Positions 12,001-23,115 of a stretch of DNA of 64,000 nt are shown one piece after another. The first letter of the stretch is position 1; every line of letters starts with the position of its first letter. Source of the DNA: Macrostomum hystrix. Its lineage: Eukaryota > Animalia > Platyhelminthes. The notes below the pieces were generated by a model that searched no databases, was not told the origin of the DNA, and saw only the letters and a program-made list of their open reading frames with translations. The position numbers were made by a program, and so were the translations under genes. The stretch covers positions 5,146,001 to 5,210,000 of the forward strand of contig CATNEN010000011.1 of assembly GCA_950097015.1 (NCBI GenBank), in the 5' to 3' direction.

Positions 12001-15000
12001 CAAGGATTCAGCTAGGGGTCAGGTGGGTCAAGGATTCAGTGGTCAGGTGGGTCAAGGATTCAGCTAGGGGTCAGGTGGGTCAAGGATTCAGTGGTCAGGT
12101 GGGTCAAGGATTCAGGTAGGGGTCAGGTGGGTCAAGGATTCAGGTAGGGGTCAGGTGGGTCAAGGATTCAGTGGTCAGGTGGGTCAAGGATTCAGGTAGG
12201 GGTCAGGTGGGTCAAGGATTCAGGTAGGGGTCAGGTGGGTCAAGGATTCAGGTAGGGGTCAGGTGGGTCAAGGGTGCGTGTTAGTTCATGATGTATTTAA
12301 CATGATCGCGATCTCAGAGCATGTACTCAAAGTGAACCGTCCGCTTTCAAATCAGTGCTGGCACGGGCCGAACCGGAGTGTTCATCGCCGTTGACTCTCA
12401 GATGCGCCGCATGCTTGCCAAACGCACCGTTGACGTGCGCGGATGTCTCGAGCGGTCACGACGTCAGCGAATGCGCTTGGTGCAGACTGCGGCCCAGTAC
12501 GCTCTGGTGCACGACGTCCTGCTAGAATTTCTGCTTTGCCCCGAGAGGCGAATTCAGCGACAACGGCTGACAGCCTGGGTTCGAGGCCTGGCCGACAGGG
12601 AGCCGTGCGGATGCAGCAGATTGGAGACCCAGTTCCAGGTGAGTTACCTCCGGCATGTGCTTGGCATTCCGTTAGATACATGTTACTGTTAGATACATCT
12701 GTTAGAGACATCTGTTAGATACATCTGTTAGAATCATCTGTTAGATACTTCTGTTAGATACATCTGTTAGATACATCTGTTAGATACATCTGTTAGATAC
12801 ATCTGTTAGATACATCTGTTAGATACATCTGTTAGATACATCTGTTAGATACATCTGTTAGATACATCTGTTAGATACATCTGTTAGATACATGTGTTAG
12901 ATACATCTGTTAGAAACCTGCCTAAAATTTAAGAGACAACTGTCAGACTCATACGAGTATTAAAACATTACTGTTTTGTATGTGTTTGTCTTACGAAATT
13001 AGTCAATGCTTTTAGTCAAATTTCAAGTGTCGAATTATTGCTTTCGTGGAAAACGACTAAACACATGCTCGGAATTGCTATTGTAAGTCTGGGTTATTAA
13101 TTAAATAGGTGGGCAAGTTAACGAGACACCTACTTACCGAATTGCCCGATTTCAAACACACGCGAGGAGGCGATTTGATGCGAAACTTCCGTAAAATTCT
13201 AAGAAGCCTCATTCTAAGAAGCCTCATTCTAAGAAACCTCATTCTAAGAAACCTCATTCTAAGAAACCTCATTTTAAGAAGCCTTATTCTAAGAAGCCTC
13301 ATTCTAAGAAGCCTCATTCTAAGAAACCTCATTCAAAGAAGCCTCATTCTAAGAAACATCATTCTAAAAAACCTCATTCTAAGAAGCCTCATTCTAAGAA
13401 ACCTCATTCTAAGAAGCCTCATTCTGGGACACCTCATTCTAAGAAACATCATTCTAAAAAACCTCATTCTAAGAAGCCTCATTCTAAGAAACCTCATTCT
13501 AAGAAGCCTCATTCTGGGACACCTCATTCATTTGGAGATACCTCATTCTAAGAAACCTCATTCTAAGAAGCCTCATTCTAAGAAACCTCATTCTAAGAAA
13601 CCTCATTCTAAGAAACCTCATTCTAAAAAAACTCATTCTAAGAAACCTCATTCTAAGTTAACGAGACACCTACTTACCGAATTACACGATTTCAAACACA
13701 CGCGAGGAGGCGATTTGATGCGAAACTTCCGTAAAATTCTAGGAAACCTCATTCTAAGAAACCTCATTCTAAGAAACCTCATTCTAAGAAACCTCATTCT
13801 AAGAAGCCTCATTCTAAGAAACCACATTCGAAGAAACCTCATTTTAAGAAGCCTTATTCTAAGAAGCCTCATTCTAAGAAACCTCATTCTAAGAAGCCTC
13901 ATTCTAAGAAACCTCATTCTAAGAAACCTCATTCTAAGAAGCCTCATTCTAAGAAACCTCATTATAAGAAGCCTCATTCTAAGAAACCTCATTCTAAGAA
14001 ACCTCATTATGAGACTCATCCTGAGACACCTCATTCATTCTAACACACCTCATTCTGCGATGAGGTGCCACATTCTGAGACACCTCATTCTGAGACACCT
14101 CATTCTGAGACACCTCTTTCTGAGACACCTCTTTCTGACTGCGCTAGGTTGTCTCTATTATATCGTAATTACTGCAAAATTAATTTCGCTTTCAGCATTA
14201 CGTTGTAGCGATTAGCTCAATGTTGAAATACTTCTAATAGAACCGAAATTACCACGTTGTCCGATTCCCAGTTTTTTGTTTCTGTAAACGATAATGTGTT
14301 TAAAGGAATTGTTAAAAAAGAAACTTTGCAGGTCGTTCGTGGTCGTCAAAGATTCAGGTTTTGTCTGCAGCGGGAAAAGTTTTAGTTTGGATTTCTTATA
14401 AAGCCCCTAGCTAACAACTGAAGTCATGGCTCAAAGTGCTCTCATCTCCGTAAACCGAGTCCATTAGCGGCATGCAGTCGCGGTACTTCAAACGCACTAT
14501 ACTGTCATTCTCTAACTTTCAGCTCTGCGTTGCGCACGAGTCAAGCGCCGCAGAGTTCGCGGCCGCCCTGAAGCCGTGCAATGCTGGCAAGAATCGAGCC
14601 GAACCGACACCCGAAGCTCCCGCCTATCTGCCCGCCGAGGCCGGCCGAGTGCGACTGACGCCTGAGCCGGGAGTTGAAGGCTCCGACTACATCAATGCCA
14701 CCTTTCTGCATGTAAGTCACCGATGTGCTAGTTAATATGCTTCTGTGAAGTGTGCCAATACCTACTAAGACCTGTATTTCGTCCTTTAGGGCTATCACTC
14801 TGCCACCGAGTTCATTGTGACACAACATCCAACAGTCGGCACTACTGGCGACTTTCTGCGCATGGTTTGGGAACAAAACTCGGCGACCATTGTGTGCCTT
14901 CAGCCTCCAGATGATCCATTGCCCTGCTGTCTGTGGCCGTCAGCTGGAGATACTGATGCAAACGCCAGACAACCTGAGCATCTTCAACTGAGATTTCGGT

Positions 15001-16829
15001 GAGTCATGTCGATAGCGACTAAAGAACCAAAGAACTGAACTCTGAAGGACATGTTAAACTAAAATATTTCTCATATAGAAAGACAAAGCTGAAATGGCTC
15101 TCCATGCGTGACTAATTTAAATTATAAACTTCAGGTTAGTACGCGACTGCTGCAGCAAGAAAAAAATATTATTCTTATCTCATAACTTGCTTTCTCTCCG
15201 CAATTATCCAACCGACCGGGAAAGCCACGAATGTAACTTTGTTTTAATTCAAGTACATACAAGAACATGTCGAGGGCAAGATCATTTCTGCACTATCGCA
15301 GCTCACAGGTAACTTTGCCCCGCAACATTTCCGATCCTTCAGCCGTCGCGAAGAGTTATCCTTCGCTGTGCGGCAAGAGTTCCAGCTAGTCACGCCTAGA
15401 GACGACTGCAGTTTGGCCACCGCAGCCTGGACACTTCGCCGATGGCCCCAAACGCTGGGTGAATCGCGCGAACTTATGCAGCTGGTGGCGGCGGTGGGAT
15501 GCGAGCAGAGGCGCGGACAGGCCGCGTCCGCGACGTCGCCAATTATCGTTGTTGACAAGTAAGACGCCCTAATGACTACTGCTAGTTTCATTTAAAAAAC
15601 TTTTCTAATCATTTTGTATCGTAATCGATCTACGTATTCGTGTCACCCAAATAAAGAATTTTTTAATTTCCTATCGATTTATTAACAACTTATTAAGTAA
15701 TCTATAAATAACAGCAATGCGCCACAACATGCGTGAATTTACGAGTACTTTGCACTTTTGTAACAATTGTAAAAAATCATTTTGTGACTAAGTAGATAGC
15801 TTTTATAGGCTTATTAGCTACTTTTGAAGGTTGATAAATATAATCAATAATTATTCACTTTCGCATTATTTAATGCGACTTGAAAAATACCGAAAGTAAT
15901 ATTTGTACTGAAAATACCGATCAATAAAGTCTATACGTAACTACTACTTTTCAACAACTGGTTATACGAGTAACTGTATCACCTATTTTATTTTATATTT
16001 ATTGTCCTATGATCTGCTTTGTCACTAGCCTGTTTGTCTAATCTAATCTAATCTAATCTAATCTAATCTCATCTAATCTAATCTAATCTAATCTAATCTA
16101 ATCTAATCTAATCTAATCTAATCTCATCTAATCTAATCTCATCTAATCTAATCTAATCTAATCTAATCTAATCTCTAATCTTCCTTCTTCAGCTTTGGTG
16201 GCAGCTACGCGGGAATTTTCTGCTGCTTGTACACCCTGCACCACCAGCTGGTTCTTGAAGACTGCGTTGATGCGTACTCGCTTTTTAAGATCTACCACTC
16301 GCTGCGACCAGGATTGTTCTACTCCCAGGTAACAGAAATTCATTAAGATTTAGCTTGTGCTCTGAAGAGGACCATAGTTCTGACAGCCTCTTCTTTTCAT
16401 TTTCAAAATCTTTCTTGATTTATAATTAATCTATGAAATGCCTACTGTGTAACAAAACTAAGTTTGGATGAGAAGATGCATGGAGTGACTTTTCACAGCA
16501 TATTTATTCCACCTGACACTTAGGCCGATCTTCAATTTACCTACGAAGTGATCGAGTATCATGCTAGACTAATAACTGCTGCCAGAACTTTGGCCCAGCA
16601 GGCACATTCAGCAGCGATGGTACCAGCATCTAGGCAGCAGCAGCAGCAGCAGCGACAGAGGCGAATACGACACCCAACCCTGGCCAGACTTCGACAAGCA
16701 TTCAGCTCGGTAAATCCTGCATCAGCAGCTCCTTCGGCCAGTTCAGCAGCAGCAACCCCATTGGTTAGGCTGGCTCTAGAACTGGCACCACGCCCTCTCG
16801 GTAGTGATTGCGGAGGCATTCTGCCTTGA
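1..16829 (+). CDS. Receptor-type protein tyrosine phosphatase (Ig + FN3 repeats, TM, tandem PTP D1/D2; D2 resembles PTP99A/R5-type), 5'-partial
   Basis: Manually spliced GT-AG exons with matching phases: <1-341, 2768-3445, 3998-4632, 6081-6573, 7615-7953, 8047-8141, 8748-8882, 9692-10029, 12356-12638, 14523-14711, 14790-14998, 15343-15558, 16193-16328, 16524-16829. Motifs: Ig (GESVVLPC...DGLYNC), FN3 ([10 protein letters not shown]; [10 protein letters not shown]), TM ([24 protein letters not shown]), D1 [52 protein letters not shown]; D2 DYINATF, PIIVVDNFGG. The 7615 and 15343 acceptors are the least certain. Confidence 0.92.
370..910. repeat. 29-nt minisatellite with a 5-unit (145-bp) higher-order period
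   Basis: Units like GGTGGTCGAACCCCCTTACCCAAATCCAA; the variant TGTGGCCGAATCCTCACCCTGAAATCCAA recurs at 454 and 599. Confidence 0.9.
1420..2150. repeat. Degenerate ~25-nt polypyrimidine minisatellite
   Basis: TTCCCCTTCCCATTTCCTCTCTTTC-like units; source of spurious K/R/G/E-rich minus-strand ORFs. Confidence 0.85.
3453..3775. repeat. 20-nt minisatellite
   Basis: GACCCACTGTAGCTGGAGTT units shifting to GACCCACTTCAGGTAGAGTT at the 3' end; starts just after the donor at 3446. Confidence 0.95.
3788..3870 (-). mobile_element. SINE family B, 3' fragment
   Basis: Reverse complement of CAGTCCATGGACTGAACAGCTGTACGCAGCCTTCAGATGCGCC...GCGGCTGTGCTGTCGGCTGCACATC, shared with copies at 20239, 26651, 47122 and 56701. 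Confidence 0.75.
4982..5288 (+). mobile_element. SINE family A (tRNA-derived head), 3'-truncated
   Basis: A-box-like TGGCAGAGCGG and B-box AGTTCGATTCC, followed by a body shared with at least 7 other loci. Confidence 0.85.
6574..7560. repeat. 21-nt minisatellite filling an RPTP intron
   Basis: GTGGTCAGTGTTGATAGTAGG units (VVSVDSR in frame), degenerate at the 5' edge. Confidence 0.95.
8172..8458 (-). mobile_element. SINE family A, 5'-truncated
   Basis: GCAGGAGGGCTGCGGGCAATGGCACATCATTTGG...GTGTACATCTGCCC... matches the 16991-17350 copy. Confidence 0.85.
9085..9680. repeat. 17-nt minisatellite
   Basis: GATCCCATAACCTCAA(T/A) units ending just before the acceptor at 9691. Confidence 0.95.
10100..12270. 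repeat. 24/28-nt G-rich minisatellite
   Basis: GGTCAGGTGGGTCAAGGATTCAGG units; mostly after ~11350 they alternate with 28-nt variants carrying GTAG/CTAG. Lies in the intron that splits the D1 HC|S active-site codon. Confidence 0.95.
12670..12915. repeat. 13-nt minisatellite (TGTTAGA-core group)
   Basis: TGTTAGATACATC tandem units. Confidence 0.95.
13115..14130. repeat. 15-nt minisatellite in two blocks, each headed by a duplicated ~85-nt unique segment
   Basis: CTCATTCTAAGAA(A/G)C units; the segment AAGTTAACGAGACACCTACTTACCGAATT...CTTCCGTAAAATTCT starts at 13115 and again at 13655 (540-bp offset). Confidence 0.93.
16038..16180. repeat. (ATCTA)n pentanucleotide microsatellite
   Basis: Directly visible; ends ~10 nt before the acceptor at 16192. 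Confidence 0.95.
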
Positions 16830-16990
16830 CTGGTTTAGCACTAGCGCCTCGATTAGTCCCGAATTAGTCTCATTTCACTTCACTAAACGTTTCACTTCAC
16901 AAAACCTTGTTCTAATGCTACAGCATTGTCTTATCTGGTACAACCGAACAGCATCAAAATGAGTCTTTGTGGTCCCCAGCATGTGTTAAA

Positions 16991-17350
16991 TACTACTAAT
17001 AATAGTAGTTGCAGGAGGGCTGCGGGCAATGGCACATCATTTGGTGACACTAGACCCGCAGCCTGTGAGGGGGTAATTCCGCCCATTTCGCTGACTCCTG
17101 AGCACACACGCACACATATAAGCAGGTACTCGCTCACACAGGTGTGTACATCTGCCCTGACTTTCTCATCGTTAGTCAGTGTACATTTCACTGTGCCTTG
17201 GAGGTTGGCCCTTAAGGGTGTAAATTGCACGACAAGCCCCCAAGCCTTCTCTCCGCGGCTGCGCCCAAATAAATGCGGCCTCACTGCGGAATCGAACTTA
17301 GGGACCGTGGTGCGAGAGGCAAACGCGTTAACCGCCCTGCCACCGACCCC
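16991..17350 (-). mobile_element. SINE family A, apparently full length
   Basis: Minus strand: GGGGTCGGTGGCAGGGCGGTTAACGCG...AGTTCGATTCC head, central GTACAC/CTGCC hairpin, 3' GGCTGCGGG/CCCGCAGCC stem and an (ACT/ATT)n tail. No target-site duplication recognised. Confidence 0.88.
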
Positions 17351-18308
17351 CAGCGTCTGTTTATTTATTATTAGACCGCAACATAGAACCACATGGGTGA
17401 CAAGCCATAAAATAGTCTTAGATTTAGCGATGCTACAGTTGTTAGAGTGTACGAATGATTAGCAACACCAGAATGGATGGTACAGAAGTTAGATCATGCA
17501 GTCCGAAAATTGCTTTTTGAACGACTTAATTCTGCTTGAAACATGAGCTAATTTCTCTTTTTATGTTAGTTATTCACTACTTATACGAGTAATATAGGTG
17601 AAACTTCGCAAACAAGCATTCGATTCGTAAATAAAGTCACAAGAAAGCAAGCAAACAAACAGAAACCTAATTTAATGCACGCGTTTTTATTTTTAGCTGT
17701 CAGCTTTTTTATAAGCGTGCTCAGAATCAAATGGGAACTAACGGCTTAAGTTTAAACGTCCGAATCCGTTTTAAGTGCAGGCGCACTTAGCAGAAAAAAA
17801 TGCTTTTTGAATTGCGCCGTAAGGAAAAAATATTAGTAGTAGTACTTAGTGGTATAGTAGTAATTTGAATTAGTATTGCTAGTAATAGTATAAGTAGTAG
17901 TAATAAGTAGTATTAGTAGTAGAGTACTTATGTTTATTCCAAATGCCCGCTAAAACGTGTTAGATGCAGACAGTTTGAGAACTATTAGGAATAATATTTT
18001 TAGAGAGCGAGAGACCCACTGAAATTATTTTATCAGAAGACAACACAGACTTAAAATGCCAAATTATCTGCGCCTACGAAAAATGCTGTGCTAAATGTAC
18101 TCATGGGCAAGACGGATAATTGTAAATATTTACGAGATGAAGATAAAAATACTCCACTAGAAAACATTATAATAGTAAGGGTCATTGTGTGGCAAGAGCT
18201 CTCTGATATCTAGTCCAAAAACAGCAGCTTTTGGCTGGTTATGACAGGAATAAAACGTCATTTGTTGCTATTAAGGCACTTTTTGGCACAAGAAATTTAA
18301 GCGACACA

Positions 18309-21300
18309 ATGGAGTATGCAGAAGAAGTTACAGACGACGAAATTATCAAGACAATCAAATCCAATGACGTACAAGCCTTTGAAAGTATCATTTCGAAAAG
18401 ACGAAACATGGAGAACTTCGTTTGTTATCTTGGCAAAGAGTACACACCGACAATGCTGGCGAGCGCGTTTGGACAAATTGACATCTTGAAGGTGTTAATT
18501 CGAGCAAATGTCAACTTGAATCGGCAAAACAAAGAAGGAGTATCAGCACTTTACATCGCCTCATTTCGAGGACATTATCAAGTGGTCGAGTTACTGATCA
18601 AGTCGCAAGCCGACATCGATATTCAGACAGACATTGGTAAATCGCCGTTGTACATAGCTGCGCAGCAAGGAAATAAAAAAGTGGTTGACTCTCTCTTAAA
18701 AGCACAAGCCAATGTTGATCTTCAACGAAACTACGCTTGTTCGCCCATCTACATCGCATCGCAGGAGGGGCAACACGAAGTGGTGGAGGCACTCATCAAG
18801 GCACAAGCCGACCTTAATCTTGTTTCACATATCGGCTCGACAGCTGTATATGTTGCATCGCTGAATAATAATTATCAGGTGGTGCACAGGCTAATCAATG
18901 CACAGGCCGACGTCAACCTTTCAGACTTCGACGGGTGCTCACCTCTTTACATGGCTTCTCAAGAAGGTCACCATCGCGTTGTGGATGCACTTATCAAAGG
19001 GCATGCCGACATTGATCTTCAGAACTCAAGCGGTTGCTCACCTCTTTATATTGCATCAGGGCAAAACCGTCACGTTGTTGTCGAGAAACTTATTAAGGCT
19101 CGCGCGGATATCAGCCTAACGAATTCCCTAGGCAAAACGGCCCTGGATATTGCGTCCCAAAACGGTCATCAATATGTCGTTGAGTTGCTCTTAAAGCACA
19201 TGTCCTCTGAGATGAAATCAAATGATTTATGTCGAAGTTCAATTGAACTTGCCCTGAACAGAGCGCGTGAGTTCGAGCATCACCGCGTCGTCGAAGTGCT
19301 TCGTCTCTTCCTGGATGCTGCTTCGTCACCAGTCACATTCGAGTCAATGACTGAGACGTAAGTTGTATTGCACATTAGTTTTGCATATAGGTCACGTTTT
19401 TAGGGGTTTAGGAATTGAACAATTTCAAAAAATTTCGTGGTGCATTGCTGTGACCAACTGACTTTTCGAGGGATGATACTTTGATGAAAAAATGCATACA
19501 ACGCAATTTCATTCGGTAACCACCCGCAGGTCGGACGAAGTTGAGCTGAGCCTGCAGCTGCACACTGCTCTATGTGAATCAGGATTCGTGCGTGCCAGGG
19601 CCTCCGTTCAGAGCGCTTTGGCTGATGTTCTGGAGGATATCTTCACGAGAAGGGAGAAAACTGACAAATGCTTCGTCGTTGGCAGCTACTCTGAGGGATG
19701 GGGCAACAGTCTGCTTACTCTGAACGGCACAACTAGTACGGATTCGGACATAGACGTGATGAAGCTGATTCCGGGAGAGCCTTTCCATTTAAAGGGCTTT
19801 TGCTGCTGCGTTGGGATCGAAGCTCCCAAAATGGACTACTGCAACGGACACATTCTTTGCAAAGGATTCGGTGAGTCTGTTGCCAAGGAAACACGAAGAA
19901 ACGGACTTGGAGATGAGAAAGGTATTGCTTGTTATCGAGGGGTAAGTGGCAGAGCAGTTAACGGGTTCTAAGGTCCCTGAGCTCAATTTCGAAAGGAGGC
20001 GACATTTGGCCCGCAGTCACGAAGAGAGGGAGTTTGTCGTGCAATTTACGCCTTTGTAAGGCTGACCTCCAAGGTAAAGTGAAGTGTATACTGCCTGACG
20101 ATAAGAAAGTCATGGTTGCCGTACACGCCTGTGTGTGTGTGTCTGTGTGTCTGTATTGACTAAATATTAATTTAGTCAATAAATTATTTGATTTATTCGA
20201 AGAGCAGTAATATATACATTTATTATTAGAATCATTTTAGCCACGATTTTAGAGCGTCGGAATCACGGCTGTAGGTCGCGAGTTCGATTACCGAATGTTG
20301 GGAGTTTGATTCTCGACTTCGATGGAACAATTTGCGCACTTAAGCAAGACACTTAAAATTTGTATTGCTTCAGTTCATCCAGCTGTTAAATGTGTACCAG
20401 CATCAGCTGCGGTAATTGAGGGTGGGTGTGGCGCCCCACCTGGGTCCAGGGTCTTGAACAGACGTATACGCAATCTTCGGATGCGGCTGCGGCTGTGCTG
20501 TCGGCTGCACATTCGGGCCGAATCGGGGCTGCAACTATAACAGACACTGGGATTCAGAAAGCTCCGTTCCCCCATTTCAGCCTCGAACCCAGCACGCACA
20601 TTTCCGGGTTTCCCGCCGAGGCCAACGATTGACGATGTCTCCGCCCGCCGCCTCTGCTGCTATCCAGCCATCGCTTCGCTGCAGCCTGAAAGAGTTACCC
20701 AGTCTCACATTCCCCAATGTGTGCTGCAGTCACTTCGAGACAAGCTAACCTCGGAGCTCTCGCCATGTCATGTTGTTCACGCAGCTGCACCCGGAATGAG
20801 GGGCCAGCAGCTGCGGGTGAGCACGAGCCTGCTAGAGAGGCAGCTGATGCGCAGTCTCAACACAGAGCAGGGCCAGTGCTTCACCGTGCTAAAGTGGTTG
20901 CTAAAGTTTGCTACTAAATTTGATGGTTTCAAGACTTATCACGCGAAGACCATTACGTTTCAAATGCTTGAAGAGACGCCAGTGGAGCAGTGGAAGCCAG
21001 AGAATCTTGTAAGTCTTGTGCGACGCTCGTTGCAAATGCTCCTAGATGGCATAGAGTGCGCTTCCAGTACATCCACTGACGGACGAATAATGAATCACTT
21101 CTTTTTAATGGACGCTCAGGTGTATTTAAAAGGTATTGAGCTCACATCAGCTGATTCACGGCAAGTTTTAATTAGCGCAGCGCTTGCATTGAGAGATGTG
21201 ACAGAGTATCTGCCTCGTTTGCTGATTCAATTCAAGCAAAATTTGCAACCTATCACCGATTCGGGTAGATTCTACTTTCATCCGCTTCTAACTGCATCAA

Positions 21301-22052
21301 TTGTTTCATTTTCTTACAACGCCATTAGCACAGGCACAGCGAAATGCGCCTACCATGAAATCCTTGACTTGGTGGCGAATGTGATGCGTCTCTTGCATGA
21401 CGAGGGCAGAGGCGCTCCATCCTTAGAGTCTCTAACAAAACTGATTGACCAACTGCCTGACAGTGCACGTTCTGCTCGAGAGTCTCTCAGAGCTCTTGCC
21501 TACCTGAAGTACAGCAATAAAGAGGCTGCTTTAAAAGTCGTCATCGACTCGAGAAGCTTCAGCGTGAACAGAGGCATTGATTTCCCCGCTGATGAATCGA
21601 TTTGCGAAGCAACCCTTGAGTCAGTCTGGAAAATCGTCGAAAACTCGGACTCGGCATGGAAGCTCTGTCTTTGGCTCAATAAAAAAGTTGAATTTCCGAT
21701 CAGACACAAACTCGTTGCGGACGTCTTCAGTCTGAGAGTGAAAAACTACATCGGATTCTTTTATATGAACTTCGACGCCCTCCTGCACGCCCTTCGTTTC
21801 GAGCTTGCCGGAGTACAAGATGCGCTCGACCAGGCCTGGATTCGGGATGTTGCGGTGCGACAGGACGCAGACGAGCAGGAGCTGGTGGTGGCTGCTACTA
21901 ACTGTGAGAATCTGGAACTGTTGCGGCTGCTGCGAAGAAGAAGTGCCAATGTTTTCGGCGACGTGCCGCCCTGGCTAGAGGAGAAGGTTGAGAACTTGCT
22001 TCGCACTGAGAGCGAACAAACATGCTTTAATATATATTTACTGAAACCTTGA
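18309..22052 (+). CDS. Ankyrin-repeat + Mab-21/cGAS-like nucleotidyltransferase (ANK-cGLR) fusion, 953 aa
   Basis: Exons 18309-19357 (AC|GTAAGT), 19530-19870 (CGCAG|G ... G|GTGAGT) and 20581-22052 (CCCATTTCAG|CC) total 2862 nt in frame. Eight canonical ANK repeats plus caps; NTase motif VVGSYSEG...DSDIDVM; third acidic position in RPTIDDVSA; Mab-21 C-lobe LRVSTSLLERQLM...FKTYHAKT...W...MNHFF. Confidence 0.85.
19998..20155 (+). mobile_element. SINE family A, degenerate internal fragment in cGLR intron 2
   Basis: TTGTCGTGCAATTTACGCC...GTGTATACTGCCTGACGATAAGAAAGTCA matches the family A body. Confidence 0.7.
20239..20514 (+). mobile_element. SINE family B in cGLR intron 2
   Basis: tRNA-like head (TAGAGCGTCGGAATCACGG...GAGTTCGATT), GCAAGACACTT...TTGCTTCAGTTCATCCAGCTGTTAAATG body, and GCGGCTGTGCTGTCGGCTGCACA 3' end. 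Confidence 0.78.
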
Positions 22053-22134
22053 AAACTATACCGTAGGATGTCAGTTTAGAATATATGGTTATAAGTTTTA
22101 CAGCCGTAGTTTTTTTAGTTTTTAGGATAGCTTG

Positions 22135-22290
22135 AAGCCCAGTGCAATGATGTTTGGATTTCTAACTGAGAGTTCGGGAGTTCGAATCTCAGTTGAAGGC
22201 AAACAGTATGTGTCCTTGCAGAGCAAGATACTTATCGTTGCTAGAGTTCAGCAAGCTTTAAAATGTAATTCAGCATTAGCTGAGGTAGAA
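22135..22290 (+). mobile_element. SINE family B-like, old and degenerate
   Basis: GGGAGTTCGAATCTC B-box followed by TGTGTCC...GCAAGATACTT...GTTCAGCAAGCT...CAGCATTAGCT. Confidence 0.5.
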
Positions 22291-23115
22291 ATTTTTGCTG
22301 GGTGTCCCAATCGACGTACTCAGCCATTGACTGGGCTAGATATTGTTAGAAGTATCAATCTATCCGTAGCCCTATTCGATGCCTAAGAAATAGAAAGCAA
22401 AGTTAAATCTCTTTGCTTTCTGTTGACATACATGATATATTTTGCGTTTAATTTTGTTACAAGTCCTGAATTAACATCAAATGAAGGTCTTAAACCAGGC
22501 ATGGCTCAAAAATCGCTAAGTAAGATGTCAGTAGTTCGTATCTCAATGGTCTATGGTCTATGGACTGAACAGCTAGCTGTACGCAGACTGGTGTACATTG
22601 CTGCGGCTGTGCCGATGGCTGTATACCTGGCCAAAATGATTTATGTTTCTGTGTTATGTTTCATATCGTCTTTAAAGTCTGAAATACTGAAAATAAATGA
22701 AAACAATATTTTTAAATCCTTATAGCAACTTATACTCGTACATTTTGTTACTGTTTTGCATTTGCAATTTAAGGAAAAAATATAATAATGTAGAGGGACG
22801 CATGCGTCAGGAGGACTATGCCTAGAAGTCTACATAGTTTGAAGAGCATTTGCAAGCCCACGTAGGGACATTGGTAAGAAAGTTAGCAAATAATGCGATG
22901 GATTTTGGCAATAGCTTCAAAAAATAAATAACATATTTTACGCTGCGGATACTTGAATACCAGTTGTCTGTAAAATTATGGCGTGAATGGCTTTCTAATA
23001 AAGGGATCAGTTTTGCCATGCCAATCTGACATTTTATAGCCAAGTGCAGCACGGTGAACTAGATGGAAGCATGTTATCATTGTGAAGGACTTCTCATCAG
23101 ATATTTGCATTTGGT

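Noticed and set aside
18231-19971. Stand-alone ankyrin gene and stand-alone 159-aa ORF as given in the ORF track
   Set aside because: Perfect in-phase splice sites join them with the 20581-22052 exon, and the NTase motifs are complete only in the spliced product. RNA confirmation is still needed.
22132-23052. ORFs 22132-22386, 22423-22725 and 22822-23052
   Set aside because: Short, AT-rich, motif-free; the first overlaps a degenerate SINE.
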